A stretch of 22,031 nucleotides of DNA, from contig JBGQMY010000020.1 of NCBI GenBank assembly GCA_041500865.1, forward strand, positions 1-22,031, written 5' to 3'. This DNA comes from Candidatus Micrarchaeia archaeon (GTDB lineage: Archaea > Micrarchaeota > Micrarchaeia > Anstonellales > J096). The notes under the pieces are model-generated. The model searched no databases. It saw only the letters and a program-made list of their open reading frames with translations, and was not told the DNA's origin. The position numbers and the translations under genes are program-made. Every line of letters begins with the position of its first letter. The stretch's first letter is position 1. Positions 9,082-16,767 of the stretch are shown here, piece after piece.

Positions 9082-10661
9082 TAGAGCTCGTTATTCCGGT
9101 TTCGGAAAAGCTGCCCCCGCTTGATGCGGACGTCTCAAGGACAAGGAAGATATTTCTTTGTCTTGGCATCGCCGCTGACGCAAAAAGGTATTTGACATTC
9201 ACAATATTGTCCGGCATTGTTGCAGCCGTGCTCATGTTTGTCTTGGCATGGAGCCTTGCGCTTGCGGCAATTTGCGGGATGGCGGCTCTCGCGTTCTTCT
9301 ATTCCCTGCCAGGCCTTGAGAAGGACAGGATGGAGAGCGAGATGGAGGCGGAGCTGCCGCTCTTCCTAAGGGACCTTGGCGCGCTCATAAACATGGGCAT
9401 ACCGTTCCTTTCCGCGCTTTCCATGCTCTCGCAGAGGGAAGGCACGCTGAACAGGGAAATCGGAAACGTCGCCAGGGAGATATCCAAGGGCGCCAGCCCG
9501 GCATCCGCGCTTGCCGACCTGGGCTCCAGGTCTGACAAGACCGGGGTGAAAAGGGCGATAGCCCAGATAATAGGCGCATACGAGCAGGGCGGGGGCGGCA
9601 ACGAGCTCAAGAGGATGGGAAGCGACCTGATGAACGAGCAGAGGCACAGGCTAAGGGAATACGCCGCAAAAAGCTCAATCTATTCCATATTCTTCATAAT
9701 GGTCTCTGTCATAGGGCCGACGTTCTACATGATATCCGGCATAGTCGGGCCTGTGCTTTACGGGACTGGCCAGCCCGACTCCGCAATGGCGCCAATAATG
9801 CTCATCATGTTCCCTGCAATAAGCTACCTGGTCCTCCTGACAGGCAGGATGGCAATGCCTCGCACGTCGTTTTCCCAGAAGGGCCAGCTTCCGAAAGGCG
9901 TGCTCATATCAATCGCTGTCGCGCTGGTGCTGATGCTGCCAATAGGCATGCAGCTAAAGGCTGTCGTCCTTGCGCTTGTGCTGCTGGCCGCATTGTCTTT
10001 GTTCGTCAAAAGGCACGTTGAGGACGCCAAGACCGGAAAATTGGAGGCCAATCTGCCGAACGCGCTGCTGCTGATATCGTCGCTCCCGAAAGGCACGTCA
10101 TTCCAGAAGGTCGTTGAACGGCTCGCCAATTCGGAGCTAGAGGGCGTGCGCGAGGAATTCAGGAAAACTTACAATCAGCTAAGGGCGAATATCAGCCCCG
10201 AAGCCGCGATAAGGGACATGATTGAAAGGAACAGGAGCCCCTTGCTTGCGAAGGTCATGGAGACAATGGACCAGGTCTACAGGGCGGGCGGCAACGTGAA
10301 CGAAAGGATAACCGAAATGGCTGACGACCTGCTGCTGTTCCAGGAAACAAGGAGGGAGCAGAACTCCACGATGGCGATGCAGAAGTACAGCGTAATACTT
10401 GGCATGCTGATAATGCCGCTTGTGCTTGCCATGGCAATGGGGATAGCAGGCAAGATGGGCGGGATAGTCAACGTCAGCATGGATTTGGGATGGATGGCAG
10501 AAGGCCTGATACCCGCCTACCTTGCGATAAACGCCGGCATAATATCGGATTTCTGCGCGTCCCTGGAAAGCGACAGGAGCAAGGAGCTTGTTTATTTCTC
10601 CGCGCTTGCCGCTGCCAGCATAGCGATATTCCTTGCCGTTTCCTCATTAAGACTCATTTGA
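9078..10661 (+). CDS. Type IV pilus/T2SSF membrane platform protein (TadB/TadC-FlaJ-like, two T2SSF domains)
   Basis: ELPLFLRDL...GIPF and NLPNALLLIS domains, multiple TM helices, ATGA overlap with the ATPase. Confidence 0.85.
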   Translation: MIELVIPVSEKLPPLDADVSRTRKIFLCLGIAADAKRYLTFTILSGIVAAVLMFVLAWSLALAAICGMAALAFFYSLPGLEKDRMESEMEAELPLFLRDLGALINMGIPFLSALSMLSQREGTLNREIGNVAREISKGASPASALADLGSRSDKTGVKRAIAQIIGAYEQGGGGNELKRMGSDLMNEQRHRLREYAAKSSIYSIFFIMVSVIGPTFYMISGIVGPVLYGTGQPDSAMAPIMLIMFPAISYLVLLTGRMAMPRTSFSQKGQLPKGVLISIAVALVLMLPIGMQLKAVVLALVLLAALSLFVKRHVEDAKTGKLEANLPNALLLISSLPKGTSFQKVVERLANSELEGVREEFRKTYNQLRANISPEAAIRDMIERNRSPLLAKVMETMDQVYRAGGNVNERITEMADDLLLFQETRREQNSTMAMQKYSVILGMLIMPLVLAMAMGIAGKMGGIVNVSMDLGWMAEGLIPAYLAINAGIISDFCASLESDRSKELVYFSALAAASIAIFLAVSSLRLI

Positions 10662-10728
10662 AAGACGATGCAGGGTCTGACGGGCCCTGAGGCTACCTTT
10701 TTAATGGTTTCACACCTAAGGCTTTTGA

Positions 10729-12018
10729 ATGGCAGGAGAAATGCTCAATGCTGCGGTTTTTGCTCTTATCTGCGCCACTATCCTGCTCGCTGGCTGCTGC
10801 GGCATCATCCCGCCGTCCCCTAGCCCGGCCGACTGCTCCTCGCCCTACATTGACGACGGAAACGGCGGCTGCTGCACGGACAGCAACAACGACGGCGCCT
10901 GCGACCAGGAAACCAAAAATTACACGTGCCAGGACGGAACAGTGGTGCAGGACGCTTCAAAATGCCCTAAGCTGTTCAGGTGCAGCGACAACTCGCTTGT
11001 TGTGAACACGGACGACTGCCCGAAGCAGAGGCTCAACGAAACCGGCATATACACCTGCAACGACAACGACAACAGCCCTCCATGCGACAAGTTCATGAAA
11101 GCCTATTGCGACAAGTTCACGCCTACGGACTTGGACGTCAGGAAGGCCGCGTCCGAGGCCATATCCGGCCATCCGGGCCCTGTCTCGATAAACCAGCTTT
11201 TGGACATATACTACTGGGTGAAAAAGAACGTATTCTACCAGAACGTGCCTGCGGACCTTGGCAGGCCCTATTACCCCAGCGAAACGCTTGCGACCAAGTC
11301 AGGCGACTGCAAGAACCAGGCCGTGCTCATGGCGTCCATGATAGAGGCGATAGGGGGAAGCGCAAGCGTCCGCATAGTGCCTGACTGCAACCATGCGTTC
11401 GCCTATGCCTACGTAGGCAACGAAAGCGGCCTGGACATGATGGTCAAGGCGATAAGGTCAAGGTATGAGGACGCGAAAAACACAACGCTGTATTACCGAT
11501 ACTACAACAACTCCGGAAAGATGGAGTACTGGATGATATTCGACACGGCAGGGGCATGGTATCCCGGAAATACTATAGACAAGTGCCTGAACGCAACCCA
11601 GAGATTTGACATATACGACTGCAACGCGTCAGGCTACAAAGGGGGGGTTGAGACCAGCAGGACGGAGTTCGGCCCCTGGGATACGATAAGCCAGACGAAC
11701 ACCATAGACTCAAACAGCTACCATTATTATTGGTGGGAGCCAGCGATGGACGAGGCGTATGCATGGTGCAAGTTCAACATAACGGTCACGTCCCTTTCAG
11801 GGCCCCTGAACTGGTATCTGATGGCAACGCCAAGCGATTACGAAAAATTCAAGAGCGGCCAAACCTTCTATTCCACCTGCAAAGGCACGCAGACGCAGGG
11901 AGGGGCATGCTCAATCTACCGCAATGAGTCTGGGAGGATATACCTGGTGGTGCAAAACACCGGAGACAATGGCATCACGGAAAGCGCCAAGGTGGTCACG
12001 CAGTGCTTCGGCAAATGA
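10729..12018 (+). CDS. Exported/lipoprotein with Cys-rich repeats and a transglutaminase-like domain
   Basis: Signal peptide ending LLAGC; YYPSETLATKSGDCKNQA, HAF, FDT (Cys-His-Asp); beta-rich C-terminus. Start 10729 or 10741. Confidence 0.8.
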   Translation: MAGEMLNAAVFALICATILLAGCCGIIPPSPSPADCSSPYIDDGNGGCCTDSNNDGACDQETKNYTCQDGTVVQDASKCPKLFRCSDNSLVVNTDDCPKQRLNETGIYTCNDNDNSPPCDKFMKAYCDKFTPTDLDVRKAASEAISGHPGPVSINQLLDIYYWVKKNVFYQNVPADLGRPYYPSETLATKSGDCKNQAVLMASMIEAIGGSASVRIVPDCNHAFAYAYVGNESGLDMMVKAIRSRYEDAKNTTLYYRYYNNSGKMEYWMIFDTAGAWYPGNTIDKCLNATQRFDIYDCNASGYKGGVETSRTEFGPWDTISQTNTIDSNSYHYYWWEPAMDEAYAWCKFNITVTSLSGPLNWYLMATPSDYEKFKSGQTFYSTCKGTQTQGGACSIYRNESGRIYLVVQNTGDNGITESAKVVTQCFGK

Positions 12019-12062
12019 GCAATAGCCATCATTTTAATATCTTATTGCCAAAATCATCGTGA

Positions 12063-12482
12063 ATGGTAAATGAACTCGTTTCGTCATTGCTTTTCGTCAT
12101 CGGCCTGGTGCTGGTCGGCATGTCTTTTGGCAGCAAGAAGGGCCTGCTGAAGGGAATGCTATGCATCTTGGCGGGCAGCATCGCGACAATAGCGATAAAG
12201 GCCCTTTTTTGGGAGCCCCGGCCGTGCGAAGGCCTTTCATTCTGCCCCGGCGATTCCGGCATAGTGAGCGGCCATGCGCTCGTGTCTATGATGTTCGCGC
12301 TCGCATACTACAACAAGAAGGAGTTCATATTCTTCCTGTTCCTGGCTTTGGCAGTAAGCCTGAGCAGGATATGGTTTGGGATACACGACATTGCGGAGGT
12401 CGGCAGGTCCATAGGCATTGCAGTGCTATTGAACTACGCGATAGGTGTTGCTTTCAATGGGGGAAATCATAAGAAAGGCTAG
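12063..12482 (+). CDS. PAP2-family membrane lipid phosphatase
   Basis: K-x6-RP (KALFWEPRP), SGH, SR-x5-H (SRIWFGIH), hydrophobic. Confidence 0.82.
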   Translation: MVNELVSSLLFVIGLVLVGMSFGSKKGLLKGMLCILAGSIATIAIKALFWEPRPCEGLSFCPGDSGIVSGHALVSMMFALAYYNKKEFIFFLFLALAVSLSRIWFGIHDIAEVGRSIGIAVLLNYAIGVAFNGGNHKKG

Positions 12483-13014
12483 CCACATACTGTTCGGGCT
12501 GATGGTGGCATACATAGCGTTCCGATACGGCCAGAATGCATTCTACGCCAGCCAGATAACGGTCATACTCGCGGTGCTTGCGTACAACTGGGCCGGCGTC
12601 CATGCCGGGTCAAGCCGCTTCAGGGGGCTGTTCCGCGCAATAAACGGCGTGCTTGAAAGGGACGACATAGCGATGGCCGGCGAGGCTGCCGTGCTCTTCT
12701 CTGCGTCCATAATGCTAGCCTACTGGGTTTTCGGGAAGGAAAGCGCAATCGCCGCAAGCATAGTGTGGGCCATAGGGGACGGCGTATGCTCGCTGGTGGG
12801 CATGGCGCTGCACAGGAAGGGCAAGAGCCTGGAGGGCATGGCGGCGTTCATCGTGTTCTCTTTCATCGGCCTTGCCCTTCTGTACCCGCACAAGGCCTTG
12901 GGGATGGCAATAGTCGTTGCAGGCTCTGCCATAATGGAGTATTTTAGCGGCAACGTCAATGACAACATAACGGTTCCGCTGGCCGCAGGGCTCCTCTCGT
13001 CGGTGTTCCTATAG
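12457..13014 (+). CDS. CTP-dependent polyprenol/diacylglycerol kinase-like membrane protein (SEC59/DGK1/VTE5 family)
   Basis: RKASH, GDGVCSLVG, GKSLEG, DNITVPL motifs; multi-TM; likely start MGEIIRK. Confidence 0.8.
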   Translation: MGEIIRKASHILFGLMVAYIAFRYGQNAFYASQITVILAVLAYNWAGVHAGSSRFRGLFRAINGVLERDDIAMAGEAAVLFSASIMLAYWVFGKESAIAASIVWAIGDGVCSLVGMALHRKGKSLEGMAAFIVFSFIGLALLYPHKALGMAIVVAGSAIMEYFSGNVNDNITVPLAAGLLSSVFL

Positions 13015-13043
13015 CGGTTTAAATACGGGCCGCTTAGGCAAGA

Positions 13044-13112
13044 TTTTTAAAATATTTGGCTAAAAAGGAGTTTGCCTTTATCATAATGATAAACGAAAAC
13101 ATCAATGGAGGT
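13044..13112 (+). promoter_or_regulatory. Thermosome promoter (TATA) and Shine-Dalgarno
   Basis: TTTTTAAAATA at ~13044-13054; GGAGGT at 13107-13112, 8 nt before ATG 13121. Confidence 0.55.
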
Positions 13113-13120
13113 AATTGGAT

Positions 13121-14758
13121 ATGGCAGGAAAAATAAGCAATGAGCCGATGGCTGAAGGCACGCAGAGGATACTTGGAAGGGACGCAATGAGGCTTAACAT
13201 AGCGATAGGCTATGCCATGGCGCAGATAATAAAGACCACGCTGGGGCCAAAGGGCATGGACAAGATGCTGGTCAGCGACCTTGGCGACATCATAATAACG
13301 AACGACGGCGCGACGATACTGGAGGAGATGAACGTTGAGCACCCGACCGCAAAGCTCATGGTGGAGATAGCGAAAACGCAGGACAAGGAGGTCGGCGACG
13401 GGACCACGACAAGCGTGGTCATAGCGGGCAACCTGCTCAAGAACGCGGGGTCGCTGCTTGACAGGAGCATACACCCGACGACGATAATCAAGGGATACGA
13501 GCTGGCAGAGGTCAAGGCAAATGAGATATTTGACAAGATATCCGAAACTGTTACGGAAAAGGATGAAGCGATACTGAAAAAGATAGCGCTTGTTTCCATG
13601 GGCTCAAAAGGCATCGGAAGCGATGCTGAGAAAGCCGCAATAGCGGACATGGTGGTTAAGGCAGTGACGCAGATAAGCGAAAGGCGCGAAGGCACAAACT
13701 ACATTGACCTCGATTTGATAAAAATAGAGAAAAAGGCAGGCGGCGAGGTTTTGGACACCGCGCTGATAAACGGAATCATAATAGACAAGGAGATAGTGCA
13801 CTCCGGCATGGCGAAGAGGATGGAGAACGCGAAAATCGCGCTCATAGACGCCGCGCTGGAAATCGAGAAAACGGAAACGGACGCGAAAATAGAGATAACG
13901 AGCCCGGACCAGATGGAGGCATTCCTGAAGCAGGAGGAGAACACGCTTAGGGGAATGGTTGACAAGATAAAGGCTTCAGGGGCAACGGCAGTCTTTGTCC
14001 AAAAAGGGATAGATGACGTTGCACAGCATTATCTTGCAAAGAACGGGATAATCGCAGTTAGGCGCGTGAAGAAAAGCGACATGGAGAAGCTGGGAAGGGC
14101 GACTGGCGCGACAGTCGTGTCAACAATAGACGGCCTTTCGGCAAAAGAGCTGGGGCTGGCCGGAGTCATAGAAGAAAGGAAGATTGGCGGCGAGGCAATG
14201 GTTTTCGTTGAAAAGTGCAAGGACCCAAAGAGCGTCAGCATATTTGTAAGGGGCGGGACTGAGCATGTTGTCAGCGAGGTGGAAAGGGCAATAAAGGACT
14301 CGCTTGGCTCTGTTTCATCCGCGCTGGAGGACGGAAAGTACGTCACAGGGGGCGGAAGCGTTGAGGTGGAATTGGCAAAGGGCCTGAGGGAGTATGCCGC
14401 GGGCATAGGCGGAAGGGAGCAGCTTGCCATAGAGGCGTTTGCAGAGTCGCTTGAGGCAATACCCGTATCTCTTGCTGAAAACGGCGGCATGGACTCCATA
14501 GACACGCTTGTTGAGCTGAAGTCCAAGCATGCGAAGGCAGAAGGAAGGGACTTTGGCGTTGACGTGCTTCACGGGAAGGTTGAGGACATGAAGAAGCTTG
14601 GCGTGCTTGAGCCTGTCAAGGTCGTGAGGCTGGCCATCTCTTCGGCAACTGAAACAGCGAGGCTCATACTTAGGATAGACGACATAATATCCGCAAGGGG
14701 CAAGTCCGGCGGCGGCCAAGGCGGCATGCCGCCTGGCGGGATGGGGGACATGGAGTAA
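13121..14758 (+). CDS. ths: Thermosome subunit (group II chaperonin)
   Basis: TLGPKGMDKML, TNDGATIL, GDGTTT, LILRIDDII, GGM-rich C-terminal tail. Confidence 0.97.
   Translation: MAGKISNEPMAEGTQRILGRDAMRLNIAIGYAMAQIIKTTLGPKGMDKMLVSDLGDIIITNDGATILEEMNVEHPTAKLMVEIAKTQDKEVGDGTTTSVVIAGNLLKNAGSLLDRSIHPTTIIKGYELAEVKANEIFDKISETVTEKDEAILKKIALVSMGSKGIGSDAEKAAIADMVVKAVTQISERREGTNYIDLDLIKIEKKAGGEVLDTALINGIIIDKEIVHSGMAKRMENAKIALIDAALEIEKTETDAKIEITSPDQMEAFLKQEENTLRGMVDKIKASGATAVFVQKGIDDVAQHYLAKNGIIAVRRVKKSDMEKLGRATGATVVSTIDGLSAKELGLAGVIEERKIGGEAMVFVEKCKDPKSVSIFVRGGTEHVVSEVERAIKDSLGSVSSALEDGKYVTGGGSVEVELAKGLREYAAGIGGREQLAIEAFAESLEAIPVSLAENGGMDSIDTLVELKSKHAKAEGRDFGVDVLHGKVEDMKKLGVLEPVKVVRLAISSATETARLILRIDDIISARGKSGGGQGGMPPGGMGDME
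14679..14754 (+). repeat. 76 bp direct repeat copy 1 (3' end of the thermosome gene; attL-like)
   Basis: acgacataatatccgcaaggggcaagtcc...gggggacatgga, identical to 16613-16688. Confidence 0.95.
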
Positions 14759-14759
14759 T

Positions 14760-14795
14760 GGGCTTGCTCCAAGCCCTAATTTTTTATTAGTTTTT
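14760..14795 (+). terminator. Hairpin plus T-rich tract after the thermosome gene
   Basis: GGGCTTG-ctc-CAAGCCC followed by TAATTTTTTATTAGTTTTT. Confidence 0.6.
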
Positions 14796-14854
14796 GCATT
14801 TTGCCAATAACCAAGACATACCATTAAAAAACTTTTTTATACACAATATTACTC

Positions 14855-16621
14855 ATGACGAACGCTTCCTTGAAAAAAACGCAGGCATGGCACAAGCCTG
14901 AACCAGACGACACTACCCCAAGAAGACAATTCAGCTTGTTTGGGAAACAGGTAAGGGGAAGGTTTGGCTTTCCGTCTGGCGTTATCGCCACCAACTCTGA
15001 CACTGCCAGGTGGATGCTGAACAATGTGCCACAACTTGGCTTTTATGTCGGAAAAAGCACGACTATCGAGCCAAAGGTTGGCAATCCTGAGGATATCTTT
15101 CTTTTGGTGACGCAAAATTCAGGCTGGAATGCTGTCGGCTATGCAAATCCTGGGCTTGAGGAAATGATAAAGGAGTTCCGCGAACTAGGATCATCTGTTC
15201 CAAACGACGTCTTCCTGATGCCGCAGATTGGAGAAAGCAACGAAGAAAGATTCCAGCACTGTGCTGCAGAGTTTGATAAGCTGGGGGATATTATAGGCGG
15301 GATGGAATTGAATGTCTCATGCCCTCATGCAGAAAAAGGGGGCGTACTCATAGGAAGCGACCCAAAACTAGTTTATTCAAATGTCTCTGCAGTGAGAAAA
15401 GTCACAAAAAAGCCATTAATCGTAAAAGTGAATGCCGGCGTTATAAGAATTATAGAGGTGGTAAACGCTGCTATTGATGCAGGCGCAGACGGGATTTCTG
15501 CAATAAATACTTTGGGCGGGCCAAACCCTGAATTAAGCAACCAGTTTGGAGGCCTTTCTGGCCCAGAGATATTCCCTATAGCATATCGCACTATAAAAAA
15601 ATTAAGGGATGCTGTCAAAGTCCCGATGATAGTGATGGGCGGCATAGATGGAGCAAGTAGTATAAATTGCTTGGACAAGATTGATAATAACTTCTTTTAT
15701 GCGATAGGAACATCACTGGCGCAATTGGATTCTGAAGAGATAAGAACATATTTCCATAATCTTGAATTGGATCTGAAGAACGGCACAGATCTTGCAAAGC
15801 GGATGACTTTGGATAAAGAAATAAGGCAGTACAGGCCTTTTATAATTAAGGATATTGCAGAGATCAGCGAAACTTTGCGGTTGCTCAGGTTCTATGAGAA
15901 TTTGGATGCCAAGCCTGGCCAGTATGTCCATCTGAAAGTTGACAACAGGCACGCAAAGCCATTCTCTGTTGCCGATGACAGATTTGGCCTTGAGTTATTG
16001 ATACGAAAAGTCAGGTTAAAGGAAGATGGTGAAAAGTTTGGTGAGACTACTTCAAAGGTTTTTGAGCTGAAGAAAAATAATGTTGTAAGGGTAAGGGGAC
16101 CGTATGGAAATGGGTTTGGTTTTCCAGAAAAAGACATGGTAATCTATGTCGGAGCTGGCTGCGGCATAGCCCCGATTCATCATGCTGCAACGCATCACAA
16201 CGGGAAAAGGGTTTTTGTGATTGGAGCTAAGACTGCGGACGAGCTTGTTTACCATGACAAACTTGCGGAGATGGGCGAATTATTTATCTCGACAGATGAC
16301 GGAACAAGGGGCCATAATGGCCTTATTTCAGGCCTTTTAGAGAAAGTTCTTGAGACTGGGCAATATGAGGGCGCTTATTTCTTTAATTGCGGTCCGGAGA
16401 TTGCGATAAAAAAAGCTGATGCAATAGAAAGAAGGCACACTCAACCCGGAAGAATATACCATCTTGTTGAAAGGATGACAAGCTGCAGCGAAGGTATTTG
16501 CGGAAAATGTTCGATACCGAATGGGAAAAGGGCATGTGTTGACGGCCCTGTTTTCAATGCTGCCGAATTCAGGCCTGGCAGATATAAGCGAGATAAAACA
16601 GGAAAGAGGATAACGACATAA
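14855..16621 (+). CDS. pyrD: Fused dihydroorotate dehydrogenase 1B catalytic subunit + electron-transfer subunit (PyrD-PyrK)
   Basis: N-half: GKSTT, NAVGYANPG, ELNVSCPH, AINTL, GGLSG, MGGI. C-half: PGQY, KPFSV, RGPYGNGF, GAGCGIAP, TDDG, CGP, C-x4-C-x2-C...CVDGPVF [2Fe-2S] motif. Confidence 0.88.
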   Translation: MTNASLKKTQAWHKPEPDDTTPRRQFSLFGKQVRGRFGFPSGVIATNSDTARWMLNNVPQLGFYVGKSTTIEPKVGNPEDIFLLVTQNSGWNAVGYANPGLEEMIKEFRELGSSVPNDVFLMPQIGESNEERFQHCAAEFDKLGDIIGGMELNVSCPHAEKGGVLIGSDPKLVYSNVSAVRKVTKKPLIVKVNAGVIRIIEVVNAAIDAGADGISAINTLGGPNPELSNQFGGLSGPEIFPIAYRTIKKLRDAVKVPMIVMGGIDGASSINCLDKIDNNFFYAIGTSLAQLDSEEIRTYFHNLELDLKNGTDLAKRMTLDKEIRQYRPFIIKDIAEISETLRLLRFYENLDAKPGQYVHLKVDNRHAKPFSVADDRFGLELLIRKVRLKEDGEKFGETTSKVFELKKNNVVRVRGPYGNGFGFPEKDMVIYVGAGCGIAPIHHAATHHNGKRVFVIGAKTADELVYHDKLAEMGELFISTDDGTRGHNGLISGLLEKVLETGQYEGAYFFNCGPEIAIKKADAIERRHTQPGRIYHLVERMTSCSEGICGKCSIPNGKRACVDGPVFNAAEFRPGRYKRDKTGKRITT

Positions 16622-16688
16622 TATCCGCAAGGGGCAAGTCCGGCGGCGGCCAAGGCGGCATGCCGCCTGGCGGGATGGGGGACATGGA
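16613..16688 (+). repeat. 76 bp direct repeat copy 2 (displaced thermosome 3' fragment; attR-like)
   Basis: Identical to 14679-14754. Continues ATG GAA TAG (copy 1: ATG GAG TAA), then CCCTTAATTTTTCATTTTT. Confidence 0.95.
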
Positions 16689-16767
16689 ATAGGCGCGCCC
16701 GCCCCTTAATTTTTCATTTTTCCGTCTTGGTGCTAAATATAAAAAGACGATTGCCCAAAAGTAGGGC

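Larger units (their letters stand above)
14755..16688. mobile_element. 1934 bp inserted cassette at the thermosome 3' end, no integrase
   Basis: Bounded by the 76 bp direct repeat; visibly lower GC than flanks; single cargo gene. Confidence 0.65.

Noticed and set aside
10670..10689. Hairpin CAGGGTC-tgacg-GGCCCTG between the platform and transglutaminase genes
   Set aside because: Too small for an RNA gene; at most a terminator or stability element
13034..14824. Antisense ORFs over the thermosome (and similarly 8067-8891, 17673-18641, 4682-5428)
   Set aside because: Shadow frames of well-supported genes; no motifs
14679..16688. Interpretation of the direct repeat as CRISPR, DGR template/variable repeat or IS target duplication
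   Set aside because: Only two 76 bp copies, no adenine-specific mismatch pattern, and no RT, Cas or transposase in the window
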